Part shown: positions 1 to 10,878 of the stretch, in pieces
Layout of the letters: every line of letters begins with the position of its first letter
Position numbering within the stretch: the first letter of the stretch is position 1
Sequence record: DRR378314_1378
Reading direction: 5' to 3' (one strand)
Length of the DNA stretch: 64,000 bases
The notes under the pieces: generated by a model
Databases searched by the model: none
What the model was told of the DNA's origin: nothing
The model's input: the letters and a program-made list of their open reading frames with translations, nothing else
Program-made: the position numbers and the translations under genes

Positions 1-176
1 ATTTAAGTAAGTTAGATGTAAAAGTAGGCGATAAGATAAAACGTGGCGACAAAATTGCTGAAATAGGTGCTACTGGACGCGTAACTGGCCCACATTTAGA
101 TTGGCGATTTAACTGGAAGGGCGAGCGCTTAGATCCCGCACTTATGATGATAGACACCTTAGCGAAGAAAAAGTAG
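1..176 (+). CDS. M23 family metallopeptidase, C-terminal fragment (truncated by window start)
   Basis: Frame from position 3 reads LSKLDVKVGDKIKRGDKIAEIGATGRVTGPHLDWRF..., a typical M23 C-terminus; TAG at 174-176. Confidence 0.85.
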   Translation, partial: LSKLDVKVGDKIKRGDKIAEIGATGRVTGPHLDWRFNWKGERLDPALMMIDTLAKKK

Positions 177-181
177 AGAAC

Positions 182-613
182 ATGACAACAGAAGTTAATC
201 GCGATGAAATCATTGCACAACGAATAGTAGAATCAACTACCTCTGTGACAAAAACCGTTTTTCCAGGTCGCACAAATCACCATAATACATTGTTTGGTGG
301 TGATGCTTTAGCTTGGATGGATGAAGTTGCCTTTATTGCAGCAACACGCTTTTGCCGTAAACCCTTAGTGACTATTTCATCTGATAGAGTTGATTTTAAA
401 GAGGCAATTCCTGCAGGCACGTTTGCAGAACTTATCTCTAAAGTAGTGCATGTTGGTAATACTAGTTTACGTGTTGATGTAGAAATTTTTCTTGAAACAA
501 TGCACAAAGATGACAAACACTCTGCCATTACTGGTAGTTTTACCTTTGTTGCTGTTGATGACAATCACAGGCCAACACCGGTAGTTTGCGATAAAATGAT
601 TTACGGTTTTTAA
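182..613 (+). CDS. Acyl-CoA thioesterase (hotdog fold, YciA-like)
   Basis: TNHHNTLFGG...WMDEVA motif; C-terminal FTFVAVD...PTPV. Confidence 0.9.
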   Translation: MTTEVNRDEIIAQRIVESTTSVTKTVFPGRTNHHNTLFGGDALAWMDEVAFIAATRFCRKPLVTISSDRVDFKEAIPAGTFAELISKVVHVGNTSLRVDVEIFLETMHKDDKHSAITGSFTFVAVDDNHRPTPVVCDKMIYGF

Positions 614-625
614 TTATAAACTAAT

Positions 626-654
626 AAATAGCACTCATAGTAAGTGCTATTTTT
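626..654 (+). terminator. Intrinsic terminator between convergent genes
   Basis: AAATAGCACT-catagta-AGTGCTATTT hairpin running into a T tract. Confidence 0.7.
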
Positions 655-763
655 AGATAATCAAAAGAACACATCATACTTTATTTGAAATAATAATAAA
701 CTTAGCATTAAGTGTATTAACTAAAAAGAGTAGGCCAATAAAAGAGAAGGTCTATTAAATTAG

Positions 764-2083
764 CTATAACATCATGGCTGCTATCCAACCAAATGCAAGC
801 AAAGGGAGGTTAAAGTGTATAAAGGTAGGCACAACCGAGTCCCAAATATGGTCGTGTTGGCCGTCTGCATTTAAACCTGAGGTTGGGCCTAATGTAGAAT
901 CTGAAGCAGGGGAGCCTGCATCGCCTAAAGCACCTGCAGTACCAACAAGAGCAGCCGTTGCCATAACAGAAAAGTTTAACTCCAAACACAATGGGACAAA
1001 AAGGGTGGCAATTATTGGCACGGTTGAAAAAGAACTACCAATTCCCATAGTTATCATTAAGCCGACCAATAAAATTAATGCTGCTGCCAAAGGTTGATTA
1101 CCTTCTATAACCCCAGCGGCACTTTGTACTAAGGACGCAACATCACCTGTGGCTTTCATTACAGAGGCAAAACCTTGAGCTGCGATCATAATAAAGCCAA
1201 TCATTGCCATCATAGCAACCCCTTTACTAAATACGTCGTTATTTTGCTCCCATTTAACAATGCCAAATAAGCTAAAAATCATCACACCAACAAGGCCCCC
1301 CAATATCATCGAGCCACTTACATTCTGAGCGATTAAAGATGTTATTACGGCAGTTATTCCAACAAGCAAAACCTTTTTGGGTTGCTGCACAGTGACGTCG
1401 ATTGTCTGCTCTTCTAAATCATTTGTTTTATAAGTGCGGCGTTTTCTGTAGCTAATAAATACCGCAATCAAAAGCCCGATGAACATGCCAATTGCAGGTA
1501 TTATCATTGCCATGGGGACTTGCGTATTTATAATTTCTAGCCCATTTTCAACTAAATTTTTATGTAATATTGAATACAAATAAATTCCGCCAAACCCATA
1601 GGGTAGCACCATATAAGATGTTGCAAGACCAAACGTTAAAATACACGCTATGGCTCGGCGGTCTAATCGCAGCTTATTAAACACAATTAATAATGGTGGG
1701 ATCAAAATTGGTATAAAAGCAATATGCACCGGGATAAGGTTTTGTGAAGATATAGCACATATTAATATTATTGATAATATAAAGTAGCTAAGCGCACTTT
1801 CGCCTTTATTTGAAGTGTTCACTTGCGATAATAGTTTTGCAGCAAGGATTCTGGTGAGGCCAGACTTTGAAATCGCAACAGCAAATGCTCCCAGCATGGC
1901 ATAACTAAGGGCAATCTCTGCGCCGCCGGATAAACCCGCATTAAATGCATTCAATGTTTCTGTTAAGCCAAGTCCTGCACTTAATCCAGCAACCAATGCG
2001 CTAAGTGTCATAGCAACAATAACATTTACACGGGCCAGCGTTAGCCCAAGCATTAATAAAACACCGATTACAACTGCGTTCAT
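764..2083 (-). CDS. Na+/H+ antiporter-family (NhaC/YuiF-like) membrane transporter
   Basis: Many hydrophobic helices; [15 protein letters not shown] and DGQHDHIWD motifs. Confidence 0.85.
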   Translation of the reverse strand: MNAVVIGVLLMLGLTLARVNVIVAMTLSALVAGLSAGLGLTETLNAFNAGLSGGAEIALSYAMLGAFAVAISKSGLTRILAAKLLSQVNTSNKGESALSYFILSIILICAISSQNLIPVHIAFIPILIPPLLIVFNKLRLDRRAIACILTFGLATSYMVLPYGFGGIYLYSILHKNLVENGLEIINTQVPMAMIIPAIGMFIGLLIAVFISYRKRRTYKTNDLEEQTIDVTVQQPKKVLLVGITAVITSLIAQNVSGSMILGGLVGVMIFSLFGIVKWEQNNDVFSKGVAMMAMIGFIMIAAQGFASVMKATGDVASLVQSAAGVIEGNQPLAAALILLVGLMITMGIGSSFSTVPIIATLFVPLCLELNFSVMATAALVGTAGALGDAGSPASDSTLGPTSGLNADGQHDHIWDSVVPTFIHFNLPLLAFGWIAAMML

Positions 2084-4071
2084 AAAGATCTCTTAGCTTT
2101 TGTTTTAATTGATTTTACCAGATCATAGCTGTGTTTTTTACGTTGCTGCGTGAATTCATCACCTTTATATCGTACATCGCTGTATAACTGAGCAAACTGC
2201 AGGAAAAGTGAGCCTTTCTCAGCAAAATGCTCACTCGCTAAATTGAGATAGTGCAGTGGAGTTTGACTAGCCGTGTGATCAAACCCATTTTTAGCGCACC
2301 ATAACTGAATCTCTTTATAGTGCTTTACTAGCAAATGCTCATCTATTTTTGTTTTTTTAGGCCAATTTAAATAAACAAAATAACTAATAAAAATAATGAC
2401 GATAGATAAAATAACAAATAAAGAAATTTTCCATAGCTGGCTGTTACCAAATAAGCGTTTGAAAAATGAACTTTGCTTTTGTTGATCGAAACCAAGCACC
2501 CAATTGGTCCATTTGTAATCTAGGTTTTCTAAGTTTAAACGTAACCAATTAAAGCCAGGTATTTGATTGAACCTCAATAAACTAAAATCTAAGTTATTTG
2601 TAAACTCATTATTAAGTGATTGCATCTGTGAAAGTGAACCATTCAAACGTTCAGGTGAAACAACGGCGGTTGCATCAAAAATTTGCCAACCTTTATCCTT
2701 TATATACACTTCAACCCATGCATGAGCATCATACTGATAAACACTTAAATACTCATCTTGCTTATTTAATTCTCCACCCAAATACCCGGATACAACTCTG
2801 GCAGGAATACCTACAGTTCTAAACATAAACGCCGCTGCACTGGCATAGTGGCCACAAAAACCTCGTTTATTATTAAACATAAATTCATCAATAGTATTAT
2901 TGCCTGTCATAGGTTCTGGAGTAAGGGTGTAGGCAAAACCCTTATTTAAAAAGTGTTCTGTTAAGGCGGTTACAAATGCGCTATCGCTGTTATTTTTTTC
3001 ATATAAAGACAACGCTAACTGCTGAGATTGCACATTATATTGTTCAGAGTTTGCAAGCGTTAAGTTTTGATAATGGTTAATTCTATCTAATTGAGGAGCA
3101 TTTAAGGGCGAACTTTTTACGTCGTAATTTATATTGTTACTTAAGTAGCGCTTGCGTATAAGCAAACCTTGCTCTGTATTTTTAACATCAGAATTTGGTG
3201 AATGTGCTTGTCCTATGCCATATAACCAAGGCTGTGAGGAGGGCTCAGCAATAATCGTGTATTGTGAATTAAATTGGCCCGTATTGCTTACCGGCTTTTT
3301 AATACGTTGTTGGCTCTTCAAAAAGTCCGATACTAACCAGGTGTGCCCATCAAATTTATCATGGATTATAGCTCGCCAGTAGTACGGTGGCGCAGGTGGG
3401 TTGCTTTTACTTAATTTAGCCCTAAAAACAAGCTCATCTGAACGAGACAGCTTTGCTATATCAAAAGGGTTAACGCTTTCTGACAAGCCCGTTTTAGCAA
3501 GCTTAGGCCCTGGTAATTGCCAAAAAGCAGGTAGTTTTGGTAAAAATAGCAATAAAAATACAGCCACCGGTAAAGCGAGCAATAACATTTTACCACTTTG
3601 CTTCGATGCAATTTTTAAACTATGTTTACTTTCAATAAGTGCTAGCGCGGCAAAATTAAATACATACAAAGCGCTCACACATAATGTCGCCATGATCGAC
3701 TGCGAAAATAGATAGACTGTTGATAAACTAAAAAAACTTAGTAAAACAATAGTTTGATAATGTTTTTTGGTTTTGGCTTGCAGCAACTTAAACAGACTAG
3801 ACAAAATAAGCATGGCAACAAACAAAGTCACTGTATCACCAAATCCAATTTCGTAAAGTAACAACACAAGAGAAAAGCCGGCCAGAATATTTGCATATAA
3901 TGTGCTAGGTTTTGGCTTATTCATTATAGTGATTGTAAAATTCCAAACACATAAAATGGCCAATAATGATGAAAAAACAGGAGTCAGCTCAGACATTAAA
4001 AATAATACAACTATGCCATAAATTATTGATAAGCTAATATTTATTGATTTTTCATTATGATGTTTTTGCAT
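2080..4071 (-). CDS. DUF3488 + transglutaminase-like membrane protein (TgpA-like)
   Basis: N-terminal TM helices; GFCGHYA, HAWVEV and FDAT catalytic-triad motifs; follows MoxR and DUF58 genes. Confidence 0.9.
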   Translation of the reverse strand: MQKHHNEKSINISLSIIYGIVVLFLMSELTPVFSSLLAILCVWNFTITIMNKPKPSTLYANILAGFSLVLLLYEIGFGDTVTLFVAMLILSSLFKLLQAKTKKHYQTIVLLSFFSLSTVYLFSQSIMATLCVSALYVFNFAALALIESKHSLKIASKQSGKMLLLALPVAVFLLLFLPKLPAFWQLPGPKLAKTGLSESVNPFDIAKLSRSDELVFRAKLSKSNPPAPPYYWRAIIHDKFDGHTWLVSDFLKSQQRIKKPVSNTGQFNSQYTIIAEPSSQPWLYGIGQAHSPNSDVKNTEQGLLIRKRYLSNNINYDVKSSPLNAPQLDRINHYQNLTLANSEQYNVQSQQLALSLYEKNNSDSAFVTALTEHFLNKGFAYTLTPEPMTGNNTIDEFMFNNKRGFCGHYASAAAFMFRTVGIPARVVSGYLGGELNKQDEYLSVYQYDAHAWVEVYIKDKGWQIFDATAVVSPERLNGSLSQMQSLNNEFTNNLDFSLLRFNQIPGFNWLRLNLENLDYKWTNWVLGFDQQKQSSFFKRLFGNSQLWKISLFVILSIVIIFISYFVYLNWPKKTKIDEHLLVKHYKEIQLWCAKNGFDHTASQTPLHYLNLASEHFAEKGSLFLQFAQLYSDVRYKGDEFTQQRKKHSYDLVKSIKTKAKRSL

Positions 4072-5068
4072 CTTGGCTCTCAGTGCTCGAGTTAAAACGA
4101 CTCAATGCAATTAAACATGCAGTAAAGTGTTCACGACCTTTAGCCATGGAATAAAGCTGATTATTTAATTTAAGTGCAAAAGCATGATCGTGTAAATGAG
4201 CTTGGGTGATCAAATAGCTTAATTGACTTAGTCTTGCTTCGGCATTACCTTGTAATTGAGAATAGTCGTATATCATTGGTGTAGAAGCATAATTAACAAA
4301 ATCTTTTACCATAAGCTGCTGTGTTTTTGCATAATGTTTCCACGATACTCTTTGTAAACCCATACCATGTTGATGATCAACCAAACTATCAAATTCATCA
4401 ATTCCATTGCCACGTTTTAAATCGCCATCAGTGTTATGACCATCAACCATTAAGTTATTATTTTTATGCGGATTAATTTGCTTAGGATATACAAAAACGG
4501 TTTCTTCGATATGCATGTAACTCCAAACAGAAACCAAACCAAACGGGTACTGACTCAGTAATTTTATTCTTTCTAACGGATAACGTCCTCTGCTTTCGTA
4601 AGGTAATGAAACTGTTATGTCTGTCTTGTGTTTTATGTTATCTAGGTTATGCAATAATTTTTTTTGATAAATAAATTGGAGTGACTGACATAATTTATCT
4701 GTTGAAATATCAAAAACTAAGCGTGGTGAAATAGGGGAGTAGTCATTATTTTTTGATTTAAACTTTACAGTTACACCCTTCACATTGGAGTAACCAATTA
4801 ATATAGCCAAAATCAAAACAACTAACATTAAATAAGCCATAGCCAAAATTAAGTTGTTTTGATAATTTATCCCTAATATAAAATTTAAAACGCAGACAAA
4901 TAAAAAACTACAGCCCATTTTTGAAGGTAAAACATAAATCGTATTATGTTTTAGAGTCAGTGTATTGCCGGTATGTTTATTTTTTAGCAGCTTTCTAAAT
5001 AGTGCCTTTTTAAAGTTAGCAAATAAAAAGCCACTGTGTTTGTCCTTTAACCCCTTTGCAAATAGCAT
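4055..5068 (-). CDS. DUF58 family protein
   Basis: YPFGL and RVSWKHYAK motifs; conserved position between MoxR and transglutaminase. Confidence 0.85.
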   Translation of the reverse strand: MLFAKGLKDKHSGFLFANFKKALFRKLLKNKHTGNTLTLKHNTIYVLPSKMGCSFLFVCVLNFILGINYQNNLILAMAYLMLVVLILAILIGYSNVKGVTVKFKSKNNDYSPISPRLVFDISTDKLCQSLQFIYQKKLLHNLDNIKHKTDITVSLPYESRGRYPLERIKLLSQYPFGLVSVWSYMHIEETVFVYPKQINPHKNNNLMVDGHNTDGDLKRGNGIDEFDSLVDHQHGMGLQRVSWKHYAKTQQLMVKDFVNYASTPMIYDYSQLQGNAEARLSQLSYLITQAHLHDHAFALKLNNQLYSMAKGREHFTACLIALSRFNSSTESQDAKTS

Positions 5069-5071
5069 ATT

Positions 5072-5977
5072 CTACAAAGGCACAGGAACAGCGTTTAATA
5101 ACTGTTTTATTTGTAATTCGCTTGTTTGTTCATCAATTCCTAATCGATGAGCAGTCACACTTTTAAAAACAGTTTGTACATCATCGGGAGTGACAAAGTC
5201 TCTACCTTCTATATAGGCCCAAGCTTGTGCAGCTTTACCCAATGCTATGCTGGCTCTAGGTGACAACGGATTAGCAAAAACGCCGCTTTGGCGAGTATAA
5301 GACACCAGCTCAATAATGTAATCAATGATAGGTTCAGAAATAGCCAATTTTAAAATTTCAGACTGTATATCAATTAGTTGAGAAGAGTTTATGCGTTTAG
5401 GAAGCGATTCATAATCACGATTATTAACACCTAAAATAAGCTTTCTTTCTGCTTCTTTTGGTGGAAAGCCTAAACTTATCCGCATCATAAATCGATCTAA
5501 TTGTGATTCTGGTAAAGGGTAAGTGCCTGATTGATATAAAGGGTTTTGTGTAGCAATGACAAAAAATGGTGTTGGCAGGGGGTATATATCACCATCCATC
5601 GATACTTGTTTTTCTTCCATTGCCTCTAACAATGCACTTTGTGTTTTTGGCCCAGCACGGTTAATTTCATCTGCTAACACGACTTGACTAAAAACCGGTC
5701 CTTTATGAAATGTGAAAGTGTGCTCATTTGAATTAAAAATACTGGCGCCTAAAATATCTGATGGCAGTAAATCACTGGTAAATTGAACTCGCTGATAAGA
5801 TAACCCTAAAACAGATGCAAGTGCATGAGATAATGTAGTTTTTCCCATCCCAGGTAAATCTTCAATCAATAAGTGTCCTTGACTAAATAAGCATGTTAAA
5901 GCGAGTTTAATTTGTGTTTTTTTACCAAAAATTACCTGTGATAAATCATCAATTATTTCTGTGACTGTAGAATGCAT
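5072..5977 (-). CDS. moxR: MoxR family AAA+ ATPase
   Basis: EDLPGMGKTT Walker A, LADEINRA Walker B, ATQNP and LPESQLDRF motifs. Confidence 0.92.
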   Translation of the reverse strand: MHSTVTEIIDDLSQVIFGKKTQIKLALTCLFSQGHLLIEDLPGMGKTTLSHALASVLGLSYQRVQFTSDLLPSDILGASIFNSNEHTFTFHKGPVFSQVVLADEINRAGPKTQSALLEAMEEKQVSMDGDIYPLPTPFFVIATQNPLYQSGTYPLPESQLDRFMMRISLGFPPKEAERKLILGVNNRDYESLPKRINSSQLIDIQSEILKLAISEPIIDYIIELVSYTRQSGVFANPLSPRASIALGKAAQAWAYIEGRDFVTPDDVQTVFKSVTAHRLGIDEQTSELQIKQLLNAVPVPL

Positions 5978-5984
5978 AGTAACC

Positions 5985-6374
5985 TTAAAAATGTTCGACT
6001 ATTTCTAATCGTTTCATTACAGTATCAACTTTTTTTGCGTTGAATGGCTTAGCAATAAAACCTTTAGCGCCGAGCTCCCAAGTATTTTGTACATTCTCTA
6101 AACTATTATGTCCGGAGCACATTACAACATGGGTGTGTGGGTAATTATCATTTAAAAATTCGAGAATTTCAGTACCATCGGTATCCGGTAACTCTATATC
6201 GAGAAAAATGACATTAGGGGATTTTTCTTTGATTAATGATTTTGCAGATTCAAAATCACGGCTTTCCAAAATATCTTCAAAGCCTAACTCAGTTAAGATT
6301 TGATTTAAGTAGTCACGAATATCTTGAACATCATCAATAATCAAAATAGGTTCGAGTGGGCGCACAAATTCCAT
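5985..6374 (-). CDS. Single-domain response regulator (CheY-like receiver)
   Basis: IIDD, FLDIELP and KPF receiver motifs. Confidence 0.9.
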   Translation of the reverse strand: MEFVRPLEPILIIDDVQDIRDYLNQILTELGFEDILESRDFESAKSLIKEKSPNVIFLDIELPDTDGTEILEFLNDNYPHTHVVMCSGHNSLENVQNTWELGAKGFIAKPFNAKKVDTVMKRLEIVEHF

Positions 6375-6566
6375 GTTGTTTACTTCTTGTGATACAGCTT
6401 AAATTGTAGTTTTAATACTATGCTAAGCGATAATGAAGCTCAAGAAAGATACCGTAATAAAACCAACTATTTGAAATAAATCATTATAATGTCCGATACC
6501 GTCTAGTATTGGACATAGAGAGATTGTTCACAGGTATAAAGCAGGTTTGTTGTGTGGCTATTTATA

Positions 6567-6594
6567 ATAACCTATAATTTATATTATGTTAAAT
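6567..6594 (+). other. dif: dif-like XerC/XerD site (attL of the DJR prophage; XerC arm probably the host's)
   Basis: ATAACCTATAA-TTTATA-TTATGTTAAAT: canonical XerD arm plus 6-bp spacer; 18 bp identical to 19494-19511. Confidence 0.9.
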
Positions 6595-6790
6595 GCGATA
6601 TAATCTGTCATTTTGTCGTGTTTCCCTTGTTGGCTTTAAATTTGGCTTGTACCCTTCATTTGCACAAGTTTTCCCGCTTTTGCGTGCGATTAACTAAATT
6701 GATTAAACCCCTATTAATCAATCTAAAAAAATCATCAAAGTTTCTTCCGCGTGGGCGTAAATCAATTACAACGTCAAAGGATAAGGAATT

Positions 6791-7264
6791 ATGACTAACT
6801 TTAAGCAGTTACTTTTTCGTGCTGGATTTATGAATTTTGGTAAGCTTGACCGTAAAGCCGCTATGCAGTTTTTACATATTAAAACTGAGCGCACGCTTGA
6901 GCGTTGGATAGCAGAAAACAAACCATGCCCCCGCGCGGTTGTCATGCTTGAACAACGCATCAGTGGCGCGGTTTCTCAAAATAAATTATGGGATGGTTAT
7001 TATATTTGTCGGGATGGCTACTTGTGGACACCCAGCGGCAAGCGCTATGAAGCAAGCTACATTAACAAAATTGATTTTTTACAGCGCTCTGTGCGTTACA
7101 ACGAAAGTAACGTTGCAGGACTTCAAGCACAAATTGACCATTTGAATGAACTCGTTAAAGCAAGTGACACCCTAAAAACAATTGGAAACGATTTAATTAA
7201 AATGAGTGACCGATTTAAACTAAAGGATATAGTAATGAAATATGGAGACAAAAAAAGAGCATAA
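6791..7264 (+). CDS. HTH + DUF3653-like protein, candidate Xer-activation factor (XafT-like) or regulator
   Basis: N-terminal HTH (AAMQFLHIKTERTLERW), then WDGYYICRDGYLWTPSG and a C-terminal coiled coil; AAGGA RBS; adjacent to attL. Confidence 0.6.
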   Translation: MTNFKQLLFRAGFMNFGKLDRKAAMQFLHIKTERTLERWIAENKPCPRAVVMLEQRISGAVSQNKLWDGYYICRDGYLWTPSGKRYEASYINKIDFLQRSVRYNESNVAGLQAQIDHLNELVKASDTLKTIGNDLIKMSDRFKLKDIVMKYGDKKRA

Positions 7265-7289
7265 ATAAAGGCCGTACATCACGGCCGCT

Positions 7290-8717
7290 TTAATTAATAT
7301 AATCTACTATGTGTTTGTACCTATTCAAAATATCAGGATTTTTCCTTAGCCTGTCCTCTAAGTCATATGATAACCACCAATCTATTTTCATATTTTTATG
7401 TCTAGCTATTTGCTTTTCCAATGCCTCGGTTAAAGCTGTAGTTATTTGAGTATTAACTACTAATAAATATCCGTCAGGCTGGTAATCAGTCAAGCATTCA
7501 AGTGATACATCAGCTCTAGCAACAGATTGTTGCTTTGATTTTTTCAATTTAGTCTTACATTGAACAATCATATTCCCAATATCTTTTGAGTTTATATGGG
7601 ATGCTCTCATGTTGTTTTTAGAATATTTTTTATCAAATGTACAGATTATGTCCCGGCCGTTATCCCCCTGTTGAGTCGGTGCTACTTTTTTAGGGCTATA
7701 AATCCATGGTTCTCTTTCTAGCAATTCTAAAGTTAGGTTTTCGAAATCCGCGCTGTCGTTCCTACAATTTATATTCCATTCAAAATTTCTATCAGAAAAC
7801 AAATAGTAGTTCTCTATGCTTCTTCGTTCAGCTAGAAGCATCAATTCTTTATTGTAAGCATGATGGCTACAATCAAACTCTAGAAATAGTATGTGTTCAA
7901 CGCCTGTTACAATCAGTATATTTTCATGTGTTATAAAATCAACAACACCTGCTTTGTGTTCAAGCTTATTAAGTATTTTCGTTGCTTTTTTCGCGCCTTG
8001 CTTTGGTATTATATTTTTAGCTTTAGAGCCATAGATTTCAATAGTAGATGAAATTCCTTCAAGGTATTTGGATTTATCACTAATTGCCTCAGATAGAAAT
8101 TTAATCATAGATGTGAACTTTGAGCTTTTGATAATGCCCAGTCCCGTTTTTAAGTCTCTAAAGTAATACCAATTAGGTTCATTACGAAAATTCAGAATGT
8201 AGTCTACTTTACGCTTCTCACCTATTATTTTTGTTGCACAATCACCCCAGTCCTTAAATGAATCCATTTCAAAGTATTGATGCTTTGCTTCATTCTCAAA
8301 TATTTCTGATTCCACCTGGTGAATAAACAGAATATCAGTGAGTATGCTATGCATTAGCTCAAAATCTTCAGGTGATAACAATCTTATTTTCTCATTCAAG
8401 GGTTGGCAAGGAAACATAGCCATACCACCTAAAACATCACCACAAAATCCTGTGTTAAGTGACATAAATCTATATGTCACCCCACTACTAACCTTTGAAT
8501 AAGAAGCTAGTAAAATAGGCAGTATAAGAGCGAAATCTTGATTGTGGTAGTCGTCAGCCTCAAAATAGCAGAAGGGTATATAAAACCCCTCCTCCTTTAT
8601 TAACTTAATCCTCCAGTGATTACAGCAGCTAAAGAATAGCTCTATATCTCCCGACTCCACACATTCCTTAATGACATACCCATCCTTTTTACATCTTTCG
8701 AGAAACTCTTGAACCAT
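7290..8717 (-). CDS. Cargo protein with C-terminal Mrr-like PD-(D/E)XK restriction endonuclease domain
   Basis: ADFENLTLELL...GDNGRDI...IVQCKT motifs; AT-rich; lies after the lysis genes. Confidence 0.7.
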   Translation of the reverse strand: MVQEFLERCKKDGYVIKECVESGDIELFFSCCNHWRIKLIKEEGFYIPFCYFEADDYHNQDFALILPILLASYSKVSSGVTYRFMSLNTGFCGDVLGGMAMFPCQPLNEKIRLLSPEDFELMHSILTDILFIHQVESEIFENEAKHQYFEMDSFKDWGDCATKIIGEKRKVDYILNFRNEPNWYYFRDLKTGLGIIKSSKFTSMIKFLSEAISDKSKYLEGISSTIEIYGSKAKNIIPKQGAKKATKILNKLEHKAGVVDFITHENILIVTGVEHILFLEFDCSHHAYNKELMLLAERRSIENYYLFSDRNFEWNINCRNDSADFENLTLELLEREPWIYSPKKVAPTQQGDNGRDIICTFDKKYSKNNMRASHINSKDIGNMIVQCKTKLKKSKQQSVARADVSLECLTDYQPDGYLLVVNTQITTALTEALEKQIARHKNMKIDWWLSYDLEDRLRKNPDILNRYKHIVDYIN

Positions 8718-8756
8718 CTTTACATCCCTTTAATACATAATATCTATATAATTCCA

Positions 8757-8912
8757 TTAATTAAGTGCATTTACTAGTGCCTCAACTAATTCATCATCCA
8801 GTTTATTGTCTGATTTTTCTGCTAGGTGCTTTGCAGTCGCTAAACACACTCTTTTTACAAAAGCCTCAGTTAGTAGTTTAACCGCTAAATATTTACCAAT
8901 TGCCGTTAGCAT
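8757..8912 (-). CDS. PM2 P18-like small lysis protein (51 aa; not in ORF track)
   Basis: MLTAIGKYLAVKLLTEAFVKRVCLATAKHLAEKSDNKLDDELVEALVNALN; last gene of late operon; GGAGG RBS. Confidence 0.65.
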   Translation of the reverse strand: MLTAIGKYLAVKLLTEAFVKRVCLATAKHLAEKSDNKLDDELVEALVNALN

Positions 8913-9055
8913 AATTTACCCTCCAGTAATTCAACTCTGTTTTCCAATTTATTAATAATGGCTTTTAGCCAGTTAATATCATTTTTTAATGTTGCGATTG
9001 TTCCCGCAGATGCAGCAACTTGAACAACAATGATTAATACCGTGTTTGTATCCAT
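8906..9055 (-). CDS. PM2 P17-like holin candidate (49 aa; not in ORF track)
   Basis: MDTNTVLIIVVQVAASAGTIATLKNDINWLK...: one hydrophobic segment plus coiled coil; translationally coupled to neighbours. Confidence 0.6.
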   Translation of the reverse strand: MDTNTVLIIVVQVAASAGTIATLKNDINWLKAIINKLENRVELLEGKLC

Positions 9056-9462
9056 TATGTTCGCGCCGCCGTTGCTATACTGTCCGCTGTTACTGCCGCA
9101 TTTAATAGCGGCCTGTAAATTGGTTTTAATATCAAATCATCGTCAAAGATTTCGTTAAAAAAACCTTCATGGTCGTCATGCGCTGCAACCATGGCTTTTA
9201 GCCAAGTCATATTAGCGATTTTGTAATTGTGGTCGAGCTTATCCCGATTAAGCACAAAGCCCGCGTTTGGGTACTTGATGTAACTACTGTCATTCACAAA
9301 GAATTGAATTTCAGCCAGTAGCTTACTAATCGGCTTTGTTACTGGCGCGATAGCTTCACGGCTTGTTTTGATAAACCGCGTTAACGCATAGTAAGCGGCG
9401 CACATGATAAAAATGGTCGGTAAATTGCGTTCGATAGTATTAACCATAAAACCCCCTTTCAA
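9055..9462 (-). CDS. PM2 P6-like virion membrane protein
   Basis: N-terminal TM segment; size and position after the P5-like gene. Confidence 0.6.
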   Translation of the reverse strand: MKGGFMVNTIERNLPTIFIMCAAYYALTRFIKTSREAIAPVTKPISKLLAEIQFFVNDSSYIKYPNAGFVLNRDKLDHNYKIANMTWLKAMVAAHDDHEGFFNEIFDDDLILKPIYRPLLNAAVTADSIATAART

Positions 9463-9910
9463 ACCCCTGTTTTATCTCTGTCATTGAATATGGGTTTTCG
9501 CCATTTTCCATGTGAATCATTGCCGCGATAACTTCGGGATAACTGTCGTCATTTAGCGGTGTATCAGGTGAAACCCCCGCCTTATGACTAACAAAATTAA
9601 TATAATTAGCGGTGTCGTTTTCGTTCTCAGGAGCCCATCGCGACACAATGCCGCTAATGGTGTTTATCTGATATTTGATAGCGTAATTCCTTAGAATACG
9701 CGCCGCAGCTCGCAAACCGTAAAACGGGGCGCTAAATACAACAAAGCGCCCGTCATCCCCCGCCATGCCTTCCCATGCGTCTGCGGTTTTTTCAATGTTC
9801 AACGGATTGTTATTGCGAATGCCGCGCGGTGCATCGCTTAATTTTGACGGGTAAAGCACAAAGCCCAAACCCGCCAGCGCAACTAATAAAGCATGTTTAA
9901 TTTTCATCAT
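9440..9910 (-). CDS. PM2 P5-like virion/lytic protein
   Basis: N-terminal TM; RGIRNNNPLNI...RWAPENENDT...HMENG motifs. Confidence 0.8.
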   Translation of the reverse strand: MMKIKHALLVALAGLGFVLYPSKLSDAPRGIRNNNPLNIEKTADAWEGMAGDDGRFVVFSAPFYGLRAAARILRNYAIKYQINTISGIVSRWAPENENDTANYINFVSHKAGVSPDTPLNDDSYPEVIAAMIHMENGENPYSMTEIKQGFERGFYG

Positions 9911-10878
9911 GCGCGCTCCTGCGTTATCTGGACAACGCCACCAATCGCGTAAACCTCATTATCCGTCCAAACTCGGTTAAAGCGTGAGTTTGCAACATCC
10001 CCATCAACCTGCCCATTCGTCCCCGACTGTTCAACCATAAAAAACCTGTGCGCGCCCGCTGACAAAGCAATTCCAGACGCACCATTCCAAGCAATCTCGC
10101 CATAAAAAGGCCCCCCACTACTCCAACCATAGTCACCCAATGCTTCCGTTGTAGGGTCGCCCACCGTATAAAACAGTTTTGGGGAGCCGCTTTGCTCTAC
10201 TAAATATTCAAGCACCACGTTAATCTTAAAGGGTACGCCGTCCATGCGGCTTGGTACAATTAAATCAAAATATGGAACGTTTAAGCTTTCAAGCTGCGAG
10301 CGCGTTAAACTTCTTCCGTATTGCCAAGGCATAACCCCGTTCTTTATTGTTCCGCTGTTTTTGAATAGCTCCTGCTCTGCGCTGTCGGTTATCCAGCACT
10401 TAACATCACCATAGGCGGTTAATTCAAACTCTTGATTTGCTTTGTATTTACGGCCATTTTGAACAACGCCCTCAACCACTTTCAAGTCTTGCCCACCTAT
10501 CCAAATATCATTATCACACTCAAGACGGGCGATAATGCGCGACGGGTCATTTTCAAGCAGATTGTAAATGCCATTACCAATGAATTCTTGTGAACCTAAA
10601 ATAGTTTGTTGACGGGTCGAGACCTGCTTAAAATCGAACGGCACTTTGCCCGCCCATATAGCCAGCTCTTGCGGTGCATCACTAACTAGTGTGACTTTAT
10701 CAAACTCAATGTCGTTTAAGCTCATGCCTTGCCACACAATCGAATCCATGACCACAGAGCCTTGCATGTATACACGAATACGTGTAACAGGCGCAGCCTT
10801 TAAAACGTGTATGCTTTTACCGTACTGATTAACTTCAAACACTTTGCCCGCAGGTAAATCACCTGATTCAAAAATCAT
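9907..10878 (-). CDS. Spike / receptor-binding protein (PM2 P1 position)
   Basis: 323 aa, beta-rich; synteny between P10-like and P5-like genes. Confidence 0.6.
   Translation of the reverse strand: MIFESGDLPAGKVFEVNQYGKSIHVLKAAPVTRIRVYMQGSVVMDSIVWQGMSLNDIEFDKVTLVSDAPQELAIWAGKVPFDFKQVSTRQQTILGSQEFIGNGIYNLLENDPSRIIARLECDNDIWIGGQDLKVVEGVVQNGRKYKANQEFELTAYGDVKCWITDSAEQELFKNSGTIKNGVMPWQYGRSLTRSQLESLNVPYFDLIVPSRMDGVPFKINVVLEYLVEQSGSPKLFYTVGDPTTEALGDYGWSSGGPFYGEIAWNGASGIALSAGAHRFFMVEQSGTNGQVDGDVANSRFNRVWTDNEVYAIGGVVQITQERA

Noticed and set aside
6489-6516. Hairpin ATGTCCGATAC-N6-GTATTGGACAT upstream of dif
   Set aside because: Single imperfect inverted repeat with no T tract or second copy; no function can be supported
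6552-6794. 80-aa ORF spanning the left dif site
   Set aside because: Crosses a recombination junction, has no RBS or recognisable motif; likely spurious
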